Shown here: one piece after another, positions 26,899-36,331 of the stretch
Layout of the letters: each line of letters begins with the position of its first letter
Position numbering within the stretch: the first letter of the stretch is position 1
Origin: Bacteroidales bacterium
Lineage (GTDB): Bacteria; Bacteroidota; Bacteroidia; Bacteroidales; UBA7960
Length of the DNA stretch: 64,000 bases
Reading direction: 5' to 3'
Assembly (NCBI GenBank): GCA_007134525.1
Contig: SLKR01000065.1
Coordinates: forward strand, 1,408 to 65,407
The notes under the pieces: model-generated
The model's input: the letters and a program-made list of their open reading frames with translations, nothing else
The model's database searches: none
What the model was told of the DNA's origin: nothing
Translations under genes and position numbers: made by a program

Positions 26899-28020
26899 AT
26901 GGCACCACTTATACCACAAGGCATTATAAACCCGGAGCTAAACCTCTTTTTTGCCCTAATGCTCGGTGTGGGGTTCGGATATGTTCTGGAGCAGGCGGGT
27001 CTCTCTTCGGCACAAAAACTTGCAGGGGTATTCTACGGCTATGATTTCGTTGTGCTGAGGGTATTCTTCACTGCAGGCATAACCGCAATGACAGGTCTGC
27101 TCTTTATGAATTACCTTGGGTGGATAGACATGGGTCTGGTCTATATCAACCCGACTTTCCTATATTCGGCAATTACCGGGGGGGCTATAATGGGGTTTGG
27201 CTTCATACTGGGGGGATATTGTCCGGGCACAGGCATCGTGGCAGCCGTAACCGGTAAGATAGATGCCATGTTATTTGTACTAGGTATCTTAATAGGGATC
27301 TTTATATTCGGCCATTTCTTCGAAGCTTTTGATGGGCTTTACACAGGGCACTTTCTGGGTAACATATTCGTGTACGACTCCATTGGCATCTCAAGGTCGT
27401 GGTTTGCGGTTCTGCTGATAGCTGTTGCCATTACAGCCTTCATAATAACCCAGATGATAGAAGACAGGGTAAACCGGGCCGAAGCATCCCTGATATCCAG
27501 CCGCCCATCTTACTTTATGCCATCTTTTCTGATACTGGCACTTGGCATTATTTACCTCTTCCTACCTCCAGAAAGGGCCAGCTCGTTCAGGGAGAAACCG
27601 CCAGAAAAGATATGGGAAAACGTTATTGCAGGAAAACATATGGTTTGCCCCCTGAAGGTAGTAAACCAGATAAAAAACGGTCAGGACCAACTGAAGCTGA
27701 TAGATGTAAGGAGCCATGAGGAGTTCGGCGAATTTTCCCTGCCCGGGGCAGTGAACATACCGGTCGAGGAGGTTCTTAACAGCAGGTGGCGGGAGTTTTT
27801 CAGAAATGGAAAACGGGAAAAGGTGTTTTTCGGCAATGGTGCAGGAAAGGCAGCGGAGGCATACATTACCGCATCAAGGGCCGGTTATGAAAGGGTATTC
27901 ATACTTGAGGGCGGGCTTAACCGTTTGTTTACAGAGGTTTTTACTGATGAAGGAATTTTTGATACAGATAATCGGAAACAAGCAAGGCAGTTCTTTCTGG
28001 ATGGCGGAGTTAAAAGGTAG
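26899..28020 (+). CDS. YeeE/YedE-family transporter half fused to a C-terminal rhodanese-like domain
   Basis: GGYCPGTG motif in the membrane part. The C-terminal rhodanese fold (LIDVRSHEEFGEFSLPGAVNIP) has GNGAGKA in place of the catalytic Cys loop. Confidence 0.7.
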   Translation: MAPLIPQGIINPELNLFFALMLGVGFGYVLEQAGLSSAQKLAGVFYGYDFVVLRVFFTAGITAMTGLLFMNYLGWIDMGLVYINPTFLYSAITGGAIMGFGFILGGYCPGTGIVAAVTGKIDAMLFVLGILIGIFIFGHFFEAFDGLYTGHFLGNIFVYDSIGISRSWFAVLLIAVAITAFIITQMIEDRVNRAEASLISSRPSYFMPSFLILALGIIYLFLPPERASSFREKPPEKIWENVIAGKHMVCPLKVVNQIKNGQDQLKLIDVRSHEEFGEFSLPGAVNIPVEEVLNSRWREFFRNGKREKVFFGNGAGKAAEAYITASRAGYERVFILEGGLNRLFTEVFTDEGIFDTDNRKQARQFFLDGGVKR

Positions 28021-28024
28021 CAAT

Positions 28025-28615
28025 ATGAAGAATCAAACATTAAACAACAGTGCGATTATCTTCTTTGGGGTAATTATACTCGCCCTCTTTTTTAATTTCC
28101 TTACAGCCAGAAACTATAACAGAAGCAACCGCGAGGTTGCATCCCGGCTTGCCGATTCCAGATACTATGACTATGCAAGTCTGTATAGAGAACTGGAGGG
28201 AGACTTCCCTGGCGATGATTATCTGGTAATTGATCTGAGAAGCACCGGTGAATTCATAAAAGGGCACATTCCTGGCGCTGTGAATATACCTGCAGAAAAA
28301 ATCCTTGAAAGAAAACTCAAAAAACTTACAGGTAAAAACAGTAAAATTTTGCTTTACGCAGTCAGTGAAGAGAAATCTGCAGGTGCACGGGTTCTTTTAA
28401 TGGGGAAAGGCTATGACAACGTCAGTATAATCCCCGGAGGCTATTTGTCTGTCAGGGAGAGGGTGCTGGATGGATTTGACCCTTCGCATGCATTTTATAA
28501 TGAAGACAAGGCAGCCTGGGAGTATCAGCGTTTTATGCCGCTGGGAAAAAGAACTGAGGCAGAAGAGGGGAGCCCGGAACCGGAAGTCCCCACACCAGTG
28601 ATAGGCGGATGTTAG
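28025..28615 (+). CDS. Membrane-anchored rhodanese-like protein lacking the catalytic Cys
   Basis: The ATG at 28025 (MKNQTLNNSAIIFFGVIILALFF) gives a TM anchor. Rhodanese motif IDLRSTGEFIKGHIPGAVNIP, with active-site loop position AVSEEKS. Confidence 0.65.
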   Translation: MKNQTLNNSAIIFFGVIILALFFNFLTARNYNRSNREVASRLADSRYYDYASLYRELEGDFPGDDYLVIDLRSTGEFIKGHIPGAVNIPAEKILERKLKKLTGKNSKILLYAVSEEKSAGARVLLMGKGYDNVSIIPGGYLSVRERVLDGFDPSHAFYNEDKAAWEYQRFMPLGKRTEAEEGSPEPEVPTPVIGGC

Positions 28616-28626
28616 ATGGCTATGAC

Positions 28627-29337
28627 CTAAACTATATCCTTTTCGTCAAACCTGTCTTCGTCATCGCCTTCATTACTGGCATACTGTTCACTGAAGCGCT
28701 GTTTAAAATCATTATCCAGCGAAAAGAGCTTCTTCACGTCTTTAATGGCTTCATTGCTGTTCCCGTTTGAAAATGACAGTTCAGCCCTGGCCATATAAGC
28801 AAGGGTATTTTTTTTATCAAGTTTCAGGGCTATGTTCAGATATTCTCCGGCTTTTTTGACCTCCTTCATCAACAGTGCTGTAACCCCCTTGCCAAGCCAG
28901 GCACAGGCGCAGGACTTATCCAGATCAGCAGTTTTCCCGAAGCAGCGGCTGGCCTCTGAATACTCTTCCGTAACAAGGTAAAGACCGCCCATATCACACC
29001 ATGCCTCTGCATTTTCAGGGTCAAGGGAGAGAACCTTCTCAAGATCCGCGAGAGCCTTGTCATACTGTTCATTGGAGCCATAAACGTGGGCCCGTGTATG
29101 GAAAATTTCGGGGTTTGAAGGTTCGGACTTCGCTAATTTGTTCAGGTCATCAATAGCCCCCTCATAATCGGCCATTCTGTAAAGTGAACAGGCCCTGCCG
29201 AAGAGTGCGGATCTGTCTTTCACCGACTCAGTCGCTTCATTGAACAGGTCAAATGCCTTGTCATAGTCACCCTTGCCGAAACTGCCCCAGGCGCTTTTAA
29301 TGTTTTTATCGCTTGCGGATCCGCTCTGTTTACTCAT
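28627..29337 (-). CDS. Tetratricopeptide-repeat protein
   Basis: Repeated 34-aa A/Y/L-patterned units (for example YDKALADLEKVLSLDPENAEAW). Confidence 0.8.
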   Translation of the reverse strand: MSKQSGSASDKNIKSAWGSFGKGDYDKAFDLFNEATESVKDRSALFGRACSLYRMADYEGAIDDLNKLAKSEPSNPEIFHTRAHVYGSNEQYDKALADLEKVLSLDPENAEAWCDMGGLYLVTEEYSEASRCFGKTADLDKSCACAWLGKGVTALLMKEVKKAGEYLNIALKLDKKNTLAYMARAELSFSNGNSNEAIKDVKKLFSLDNDFKQRFSEQYASNEGDDEDRFDEKDIV

Positions 29338-29368
29338 TGTATTACCAGGATTTTTCCAAATTCCTTGT

Positions 29369-29376
29369 CAAATATA
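29369..29376 (-). promoter_or_regulatory. Candidate -7 promoter box (TATATTTG) for the TPR gene
   Basis: TAnnTTTG match on the minus strand, 32 nt upstream of the ATG at 29337. Confidence 0.4.
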
Positions 29377-29425
29377 CATGTTTTTTAATCCCCCAACTAT
29401 TGGAAGGAATAGAACAATTTTGTCC

Positions 29426-29433
29426 TATTTTTG
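29426..29433 (+). promoter_or_regulatory. Candidate -7 promoter box (TATTTTTG) for sucAB
   Basis: TAnnTTTG match 47 nt upstream of the ATG at 29480. Confidence 0.45.
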
Positions 29434-29479
29434 TATATATCTGTAAGGGATGAATTAATTTACCCAACACTATTGATCC

Positions 29480-32284
29480 ATGGACAGACTTTCTTATCTC
29501 AGCAGCCTTGATTCAGGCAAGCTTGAGGAGTTATACGGGGAGTATCTAAAAGACCCCGGCAGCATTGACCCCGGATGGAAAAAGTTCTTCGAGGGATTTG
29601 AGTTCGCACGTACCAGTTATTCTGATGAAGTTCCAGTTCATGGAGAAGGTGTAAAAACGGAATCAATACATAAAGAGTTCAGGGTTCTGGAGCTCATAAG
29701 GGCCTACAGGGAAAGGGGACATCTTTTTACAAAGACAAATCCCGTGCGTACCCGCCGCAGGTATTATCCGACACTTGACCACCGTAATTTCGGCCTCACC
29801 GACGGGGATATGAATGAAGAGTTTCAGGCCGGAGAAGAGCTTGGTATAGGTAAGGCAGGCTTGAAAGAGATAATATCCCACCTCCAGGACACCTATTGCC
29901 AGAGCATCGGTGCAGAATACATGTATATAAGGTCGCCCGATCTGGTTGAATGGCTTAGGAAAAAGATGGAAGTGACAAAGAACACCCCTTCCTTCGATGA
30001 CACGAAAAAAAGGCAGATCCTTAAAAAGCTTATAGAGGCAGTTGGTTTTGAGCAGTTCGTAAGGAAACGTTTTCCGGGGCAAAAGCGCTTTTCACTGGAA
30101 GGATGCGAGACACTTATACCTGCACTTGATGCAATTATTGAAAAGGGCGCGGCCCTCGGATTAAGGGAGCTGGTAATAGGGATGGCCCACCGGGGGCGTC
30201 TGAATGTGCTTGGCAACATCCTGAGAAAGCCATACAGCCAGATCTTCAGTGAATTTGAGGGCAAGGAGTATGCGGATGAGAGCCTGCTGGGTGACGTGAA
30301 ATACCATCTGGGCTGCACACTGGAAAGCACAACCAGAAATGGCAGGAGCATAAACCTGAGTATAGCACCCAACCCAAGCCACCTCGAGGCGGTTGACCCG
30401 GTAGCCGAAGGTATATCCAGGGCAAAGGCCGACATTAAGCATAAAGGAGATTATGGACGGGTAGCTCCTATCCTGATCCATGGCGACGCTTCCCTTGCAG
30501 GGCAGGGCGTGGCCTATGAATTATTGCAGATGTCTCAGCTGCCCGCATACCATACCGGTGGAACCATACACCTTGTTATTAACAACCAGCTCGGTTTTAC
30601 CACAAACTACCTCGACGGACGTTCAAGCACTTACTGCACCGATGTTGCAAAAACCATCCAGGCACCAATATTTCATGTCAATGGTGATGATGTCGAGGCT
30701 GTTGTTTATACCCTTGAGCTGGCGATGGAATTCCGCCAGAAATTTAAAAGGGATGTATTTGTTGACCTGCTTTCCTACCGTAAATATGGCCATAACGAAA
30801 GCGACGAACCCCGTTTTACCCAACCTGTACTATACAAGATAATAGAAAAACACCCTGACCCGGCTGCCATTTACAAGGAAAAACTTCTTGGCACAAGAAT
30901 AATTGAGAAGAAGGGCCTCAGGGAGATTGAGGATGAGTTTAATTCTACACTGGAGAAGGAGCTTGCAAAAGGACGCAAGATTGAGAAGGGCAATATTGAC
31001 CCCTTTTTGGAGAACACCTGGAAGAGCTTTTCAAATGCCGGCCCAGGAGAGCTGCTAATGCATACCGATACTTCTTTCGATATTCAGACACTACTGCAGC
31101 TTGCCGGGAAGTTAACAAGCCTGCCTGAGGGGAAGGGGTTCTTCCGGAAAACAACAAGGCTGATGCGGGAGAGGCAGAAAATGGTATTGGAGGACGGGAA
31201 GGCTGACTGGGCCATGGCCGAAACACTTGCTTATGCTTCTCTCCTGAGCGAAGGGATCCCGGTAAGGCTGTCAGGGCAGGACAGCGAAAGGGGAACATTC
31301 AGCCACAGGCATGCAGTGCTGAAAATTGAGGACTCCGAAGAGGAGTACATACCCCTGAACAATATCGGCAGGGATCTGCCAAAGTTTGAGATATACAACT
31401 CGCTGCTTTCAGAGTACGGAGCCCTGGGCTTTGAATACGGATACTCCATGGCAGGCCCCGGCAAACTGGTAATATGGGAGGCACAGTTCGGGGATTTTAT
31501 AAACGGGGCCCAGATAATAATTGACCAGTTTTTCTCAAGTGCGGAAGAAAAATGGAAGGTCAAAAACGGTCTGGTTCTGTTTCTGCCCCATGGATATGAG
31601 GGGCAGGGACCGGAGCACTCAAGTGCACGCCTTGAGCGATTTCTTACCCTTTGTGCCGGCAATAATATGCAGGTGGCCAATTGTACCACTCCGGCAAACT
31701 TCTTTCACCTGCTCAGAAGGCAAATGAAAAGGCCCTTTAGAAAACCGCTGGTCATACTGACCCCGAAAAGCCTGCTTCGCCATCCTGAAGTGATATCTCC
31801 GGTTGATGAACTGGCATACGGCAGTTTCAGGCCAATGCTAGACGACACATCTGTAAAGCCGGAAAACGTCGAAAGAGTTATACTATGCTCAGGAAAGATA
31901 TATTACGACCTTAATGAAAGGCGCAGGGAAAAGGGCTTCGAACAAACTGCCATACACAGGATAGAACAACTCTACCCTTTGCCTGAAGAGGATATAGCGG
32001 CACTAAGAAAGAAGTATCCTAAGGCTGTGCGCTGGCTCTGGGTGCAGGAAGAGCCACAGAACATGGGTGCGTGGCCGTTTATTTCTGGCAGGCTCAAAAT
32101 TTTAAATTTGAGCGTTATAGCAAGGCCCCCCAGTGCAAGTCCGGCAAGCGGTTCTAGCAAATTCCACCAAATGCAGCAAACCAAGATAGTTGAAAAGGCC
32201 TTTGAGGAATGCGACTGTGAAGATGTATGCCGCGAATGCCGGCAATTGTGCATCAGCCATCTGGCCGAAAAAACATTGACCTGA
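29480..32284 (+). CDS. sucA: 2-oxoglutarate dehydrogenase E1 component
   Basis: 934 aa with the N-terminus [22 protein letters not shown], ThDP-binding regions and conserved [19 protein letters not shown]. Confidence 0.95.
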   Translation: MDRLSYLSSLDSGKLEELYGEYLKDPGSIDPGWKKFFEGFEFARTSYSDEVPVHGEGVKTESIHKEFRVLELIRAYRERGHLFTKTNPVRTRRRYYPTLDHRNFGLTDGDMNEEFQAGEELGIGKAGLKEIISHLQDTYCQSIGAEYMYIRSPDLVEWLRKKMEVTKNTPSFDDTKKRQILKKLIEAVGFEQFVRKRFPGQKRFSLEGCETLIPALDAIIEKGAALGLRELVIGMAHRGRLNVLGNILRKPYSQIFSEFEGKEYADESLLGDVKYHLGCTLESTTRNGRSINLSIAPNPSHLEAVDPVAEGISRAKADIKHKGDYGRVAPILIHGDASLAGQGVAYELLQMSQLPAYHTGGTIHLVINNQLGFTTNYLDGRSSTYCTDVAKTIQAPIFHVNGDDVEAVVYTLELAMEFRQKFKRDVFVDLLSYRKYGHNESDEPRFTQPVLYKIIEKHPDPAAIYKEKLLGTRIIEKKGLREIEDEFNSTLEKELAKGRKIEKGNIDPFLENTWKSFSNAGPGELLMHTDTSFDIQTLLQLAGKLTSLPEGKGFFRKTTRLMRERQKMVLEDGKADWAMAETLAYASLLSEGIPVRLSGQDSERGTFSHRHAVLKIEDSEEEYIPLNNIGRDLPKFEIYNSLLSEYGALGFEYGYSMAGPGKLVIWEAQFGDFINGAQIIIDQFFSSAEEKWKVKNGLVLFLPHGYEGQGPEHSSARLERFLTLCAGNNMQVANCTTPANFFHLLRRQMKRPFRKPLVILTPKSLLRHPEVISPVDELAYGSFRPMLDDTSVKPENVERVILCSGKIYYDLNERRREKGFEQTAIHRIEQLYPLPEEDIAALRKKYPKAVRWLWVQEEPQNMGAWPFISGRLKILNLSVIARPPSASPASGSSKFHQMQQTKIVEKAFEECDCEDVCRECRQLCISHLAEKTLT

Positions 32285-32303
32285 ACTAAAAAAGCACCTC
32301 AAA

Positions 32304-33488
32304 ATGAAAACTGATATAAAAGTACCGGAAGCAGGTGAATCGATAACACAGGTAGAACTGGCACGCTGGCTTGTTGAGGACGGATCGTTTGTTGAAAAGG
32401 ATCAGGAGATCGCAGAGATAGATTCGGACAAGGCAACCCTTACGATAAATGCCGAAGAATCAGGGAAAATTAAGATAAAAGAAAACGAAGGAAGTACCGT
32501 AAAGCCCGGACAGGTGATCGGGCAGATAGACACCTCAGTGAAAGGCCGTAAGGAAGAAGAAAACAAAAAGGAGAAAGAAAAAAGCGAAGATGGCCGAGGC
32601 CGTGAAGTTACATTTTCGCCCCAGGCAAAAAAACTGCTTGACCAGCTCGACATTGATCCGCCACCATTGTCCAGGCCAGACAGTAAAAGGATACGCAAGA
32701 AGGACGTCCTCGCCGCCATAGCTTCCAAACCCACCGGGAGTGGCGAGAGAAAGGTGGAAAGGATCAGGATGTCAACACTCAGGAAGAAGGTTGCAGAACG
32801 TCTTGTTTCCGTGAGAAATCAAACAGCAATGCTTACCACCTTCAACGAAGCTGACATGACTGCAGTAATAGATCTGAGGAAAAGATACAAAGAGGCCTTC
32901 AGTGAGAAATACGGTTTCAAGCTTGGTTTTATGTCTTTCTTTGTAAAGGCGGTTACCGTAAGCATACCGTACTTCCCTCAGGTTAACGGGTATATTGATG
33001 ATGACCATATTGTGGTTCCTGAATATGCGGATGTGGGAATAGCCGTCAGTACACCCAGGGGCCTTATGGTACCCGTTATAAGGGGAGCAGACGATATGCC
33101 CCTGGTGGAGCTGGAGAGGAAAATAAATGAGATGGCCGAAAAGGCAAGGAACAACAAGATAAGCATCGAAGAGTTAAGTGGTGGTACAATATCCATAACC
33201 AATGGAGGGGTTTTTGGCTCAATGCTCTCAACCCCGATCCTGAACCCGCCCCAGAGCGCCATCCTCGGCATGCACAACATAATTGAACGCCCTGTAGCAA
33301 TCGGCGGAAAGGTCGTAATAAGGCCAATGATGTACCTGGCACTTTCATATGACCACAGGGTAATTGACGGAAAGGAGTCGGTGGGATTTCTCGTTAAAGT
33401 GAAAGAGTTAATTGAAAATCCTGCAAGAATGCTGACCGGTGGCCGGGACCCACTGAAGTCCCTTATCGGACTTGATGACAAAGATTAA
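32304..33488 (+). CDS. sucB: Dihydrolipoyllysine-residue succinyltransferase (E2o)
   Basis: Lipoyl domain with EIDSDKATL, a charged linker, and a catalytic domain with DHRVIDG. Confidence 0.95.
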   Translation: MKTDIKVPEAGESITQVELARWLVEDGSFVEKDQEIAEIDSDKATLTINAEESGKIKIKENEGSTVKPGQVIGQIDTSVKGRKEEENKKEKEKSEDGRGREVTFSPQAKKLLDQLDIDPPPLSRPDSKRIRKKDVLAAIASKPTGSGERKVERIRMSTLRKKVAERLVSVRNQTAMLTTFNEADMTAVIDLRKRYKEAFSEKYGFKLGFMSFFVKAVTVSIPYFPQVNGYIDDDHIVVPEYADVGIAVSTPRGLMVPVIRGADDMPLVELERKINEMAEKARNNKISIEELSGGTISITNGGVFGSMLSTPILNPPQSAILGMHNIIERPVAIGGKVVIRPMMYLALSYDHRVIDGKESVGFLVKVKELIENPARMLTGGRDPLKSLIGLDDKD

Positions 33489-33499
33489 ACCAATCAGAT

Positions 33500-34030
33500 A
33501 TGGCACTGATAAAAACAGTTAGGGGTTTTACCCCGTCTTTCGGCAAATCCTGTTTCCTGGCAGAAAACGCCACAATAACAGGAAACGTAGTAATGGGCGA
33601 CAACTGCAGTGTATGGTTCAATGCAGTAGTCAGGGGGGATGTTCATTATATAAGGATAGGCAACAATGTAAATATCCAGGATGGGGCGGTAATACATGCC
33701 ACCTTTGAAACTGCTCCGACCAGGATAGGAAACAATGTGTCCATTGCCCACAATGCCATCGTACATGGTTGTACCATAGAAGACAATGTGCTGATTGGGA
33801 TGAATGCCGTTATAATGGATAATGCCGTTGCAGGCAGCAACTCAATAATCGCAGCCGGGTCTGTTGTACCAGAGAACACACAGATAGAACCCGGGAGCGT
33901 TTACGCTGGTATTCCGGCCCGAAAGCTCAGGGACATTGACCCCGGTGACGCAAAAAACCTGATTGAAAGGATCTCTGCCAATTACATCAGGTATGCTTCA
34001 TGGTATACCGGCGACCCGGATAACAGGTGA
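33500..34030 (+). CDS. Gamma-carbonic-anhydrase-family (hexapeptide repeat) protein
   Basis: Left-handed beta-helix repeats in a YrdA/PaaY-like sequence (VWFNAVVRGDV..IRIGNNVNIQDGAVIH). Confidence 0.85.
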   Translation: MALIKTVRGFTPSFGKSCFLAENATITGNVVMGDNCSVWFNAVVRGDVHYIRIGNNVNIQDGAVIHATFETAPTRIGNNVSIAHNAIVHGCTIEDNVLIGMNAVIMDNAVAGSNSIIAAGSVVPENTQIEPGSVYAGIPARKLRDIDPGDAKNLIERISANYIRYASWYTGDPDNR

Positions 34031-34042
34031 CAATAAAACAAC

Positions 34043-34075
34043 ACCCCCGTTCCGGATCGTCCGGACACAGGGGCG
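34043..34075 (-). terminator. GC-rich imperfect hairpin, probable terminator of the skp-like gene
   Basis: Core TCCGGA-TCG-TCCGGA extended by a C5/G4 outer stem. On the minus strand it is followed by the T-rich run TGTTGTTTTATTG. Confidence 0.4.
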
Positions 34076-34109
34076 TATATGCTCTAAACACCTTGGGATA
34101 AAACGAAGG

Positions 34110-34622
34110 TTATATCCCGAGCTCTTCTCTCACAAGAGGCATTACATTATCTCCGTTCTCAAAGAAAATAACCGAGCCTCCGCTGGTATCAAAAATATAA
34201 GTGTAGCCATATTCTCTTGCTACATTACTGATAGCTTCACGCGCCCTCTCGATTATAGGATTGAGCATCCTCTGCTCGTGCTCCATAATGTCCTGCTGCG
34301 CCGACTCCTGGAACTCCATTATGCGTTCATTAAGGCTCTGAAGTTCCCGCTCTTTCGACTGCCTGACAAGTTGTGAATAGGTCTCCTGGTTTTCAATATA
34401 CTCCTGATACTTTGTCTGAAATTCATTCTGCATCTCAGTAAAAGTCTGCTCAAGATCGCGGGCATACATTTCGATTTCGGCTTGTGCTTCTTCGCGGCCT
34501 GGCATAAGGCGAAGCAGTTCATTGGTATTGATATGTCCGAACTTGTCGCCTGTTTGCGCCTTCAGTGAGATGCTGCCCAGTAGCATTAGCAACAGGATGG
34601 AAAAACTGATTATTCTTTTCAT
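34110..34622 (-). CDS. OmpH/Skp-family periplasmic chaperone
   Basis: Signal peptide, FGHINTNELL motif, Q/E-rich coiled-coil; 170 aa. Confidence 0.8.
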   Translation of the reverse strand: MKRIISFSILLLMLLGSISLKAQTGDKFGHINTNELLRLMPGREEAQAEIEMYARDLEQTFTEMQNEFQTKYQEYIENQETYSQLVRQSKERELQSLNERIMEFQESAQQDIMEHEQRMLNPIIERAREAISNVAREYGYTYIFDTSGGSVIFFENGDNVMPLVREELGI

Positions 34623-34676
34623 GAGACAAAATTTAGTTTAATCTATGAGTGATTTTTGGTAATTTTTTTTGGCGAA

Positions 34677-34684
34677 CAAATTTA
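34677..34684 (-). promoter_or_regulatory. Candidate -7 promoter box (TAAATTTG) for the skp-like gene
   Basis: TAnnTTTG match on the minus strand, 55 nt upstream of the ATG at 34622. Confidence 0.35.
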
Positions 34685-34830
34685 ACTATTTAAAACTTAT
34701 TGCCTGAATTTTTAACAGCATTTAAGAACCAACTGCTTAAAACCCCATGATTCCTGATGCGGAGAAGGCCCTCTCCGGGAGGTATTAGCCAGATTTTTTA
34801 TAATTTTGATTTGGAGTTATAAAAAAACTG

Positions 34831-34838
34831 TATATTTG
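34831..34838 (+). promoter_or_regulatory. Candidate -7 promoter box (TATATTTG) for the tRNA genes
   Basis: TAnnTTTG match 20 nt upstream of the tRNA-Gly 5' end, with TTTG/TTG elements about 20-25 nt further upstream. Confidence 0.55.
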
Positions 34839-34858
34839 CAACCTCAAACAGTGCCAAC

Positions 34859-34931
<73 letters not shown>

Positions 34932-34939
34932 CAAATCCC

Positions 34940-34963
34940 ACCTCTGAAAAGAGGTTTTTTTTT
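34940..34963 (+). terminator. Intrinsic-terminator-like hairpin (ACCTC-TGAAAA-GAGGT) followed by T9
   Basis: 5-bp stem and 6-nt loop followed by nine T residues, inside the 40-nt spacer between the two tRNA genes. Confidence 0.45.
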
Positions 34964-34971
34964 ATCCGACT

Positions 34972-35056
34972 GCCCGGATGGTGGAATTGGTAGACACCCA
35001 GGACTTAAAATCCTGTGGCCATTGCGGCCGTGCCGGTTCGAGCCCGGCTCCGGGTA
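34972..35056 (+). tRNA. tRNA-Leu (anticodon TAA)
   Basis: Acceptor GCCCGGA/TCCGGGT (G1-U72 wobble), D loop AATTGGTAGA, anticodon stem CAGGA/TCCTG with loop CTTAAAA, long variable arm GGCC-ATTGC-GGCC, T arm GCCGG-TTCGAGC-CCGGC. Confidence 0.9.
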
Positions 35057-35065
35057 CTGCTTTTC

Positions 35066-36199
35066 TCAGGAAACACTTACCTGAAAGTTAATTTTCCTTT
35101 CAGCAAGATACTCCATAACATAATCAAAGCACTCCTCATCCATACCAATAAGCTCCGGCGGGAAAACACCCCTGCCACTGAACCTGCCTTCCAGTATAAG
35201 CCCTGCATTGGCCGTCGCGGTAAAGCCTGTGGTTCTGGCCATTGAACTTATCTTTGCCTTTTCGTCATAGCTGTCATAAAGCTCATAAACTATCTTTCTG
35301 GGTGTGCCGTCTTCATTACCGGCCAATTCTATGCGCATCACGGTAAACTCCCTCTCATCCGGGTCAAGCTGCCAGTCTCTTATGAGCACCTTGCTTGTAA
35401 AATCTATGGGGCGTATTGCCCTGTTGTTAACGGTCAGCGGCTCCTTGTCAAAAAAGCCGGCTGTCTGCAGAGCCTGTATCAGCTGTATATGGCCGGGGTA
35501 TCTCAGGGTCTTCTCCTTCATGTTGGGTATGTGCGACATATTGATCAGCAGTGATCTGAGACCGTCCGTATAGAATGCCTCCAGTGTACCTACCCTGTCG
35601 AAGAACAGAAGCTCAGGGTCGCTCATTGCCGGTTTCACCATGCGTTTGCCTTTCTCTATGAAACGGGCCGGCCTTGTATACTCTTCTACCACATCAATCG
35701 GAGAGAACGGGGCCTTGTAATAAAAAGGATACACCTTTACATGAGGCAAGCCACCCACATAGTAGGTAAAATCCTCAATTTCCATTCTCTCATTGTAATA
35801 CCCGGCTATAAGGTTGGGCATACCCGGGGCAACCCCGGAATCGGTAATGGCTGTCACTCCTTTTTGGGCAGCCAGATTGTTGAGATCCATATAGTCTTCG
35901 GGCATAAAGGAAATATCTACAATATTTTTGCCCGACTCTATTACTGTGCGCAACACATCATACCCCATAAAGCCCGGTACTGCCGAAACCACCAGGTCAG
36001 CATCTGAAACCACCTTCTGTATTGCATCATCCTGCATAAGGTTCACACCGATGGTGTCTATATCGTAGTTTGAAGAAAGAAAATCAAGCGAACGCTGGTC
36101 AATATCAGCAGCCAGAACGCTATGCTTCCCGGCCAGGTCAATGGCTATCGCTTTGCCAATCATTCCCGCGCCAAGTACAACAACCCTTTTTTTTGCCAT
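35066..36199 (-). CDS. Saccharopine dehydrogenase-family NAD(P)-binding protein
   Basis: N-terminal Rossmann motif VVVLGAGMIGKAIAIDLA. The ATG at 36199 is preferred over the GTG at 36223. Confidence 0.75.
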   Translation of the reverse strand: MAKKRVVVLGAGMIGKAIAIDLAGKHSVLAADIDQRSLDFLSSNYDIDTIGVNLMQDDAIQKVVSDADLVVSAVPGFMGYDVLRTVIESGKNIVDISFMPEDYMDLNNLAAQKGVTAITDSGVAPGMPNLIAGYYNERMEIEDFTYYVGGLPHVKVYPFYYKAPFSPIDVVEEYTRPARFIEKGKRMVKPAMSDPELLFFDRVGTLEAFYTDGLRSLLINMSHIPNMKEKTLRYPGHIQLIQALQTAGFFDKEPLTVNNRAIRPIDFTSKVLIRDWQLDPDEREFTVMRIELAGNEDGTPRKIVYELYDSYDEKAKISSMARTTGFTATANAGLILEGRFSGRGVFPPELIGMDEECFDYVMEYLAERKINFQVSVS

Positions 36200-36275
36200 A
36201 ACAATATGTTTTATTTGATTCACAACACCTGATCAATAGTGCAACGAAATTAAAAAATGTTTCCAAATAGTAATG

Positions 36276-36283
36276 TAACTTTG
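36276..36283 (+). promoter_or_regulatory. Candidate -7 promoter box (TAACTTTG) for mrdA-rodA
   Basis: TAnnTTTG match 49 nt upstream of the ATG at 36332. It lies inside the longer ORF-track reading frame, which argues for the downstream start. Confidence 0.4.
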
Positions 36284-36331
36284 TATCAAACAACAGGAAA
36301 AGGTTTTTTAAGCAGAGGCCTCCTAATTCTT

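Noticed and set aside
27806-28024. Long N-terminal extension of the last rhodanese ORF in the ORF track.
   Set aside because: The extension overlaps the 3' end of the YeeE-rhodanese gene in another frame. The ATG at 28025 gives a sensible TM anchor 4 nt after the upstream stop.
34972-35066. tRNA-Leu 3' end as an integration site for a genomic island.
   Set aside because: No integrase or other mobile-element gene follows it. The next gene is a convergent saccharopine dehydrogenase-family gene that ends 10 nt after the tRNA. I saw no duplicated tRNA 3' segment nearby.
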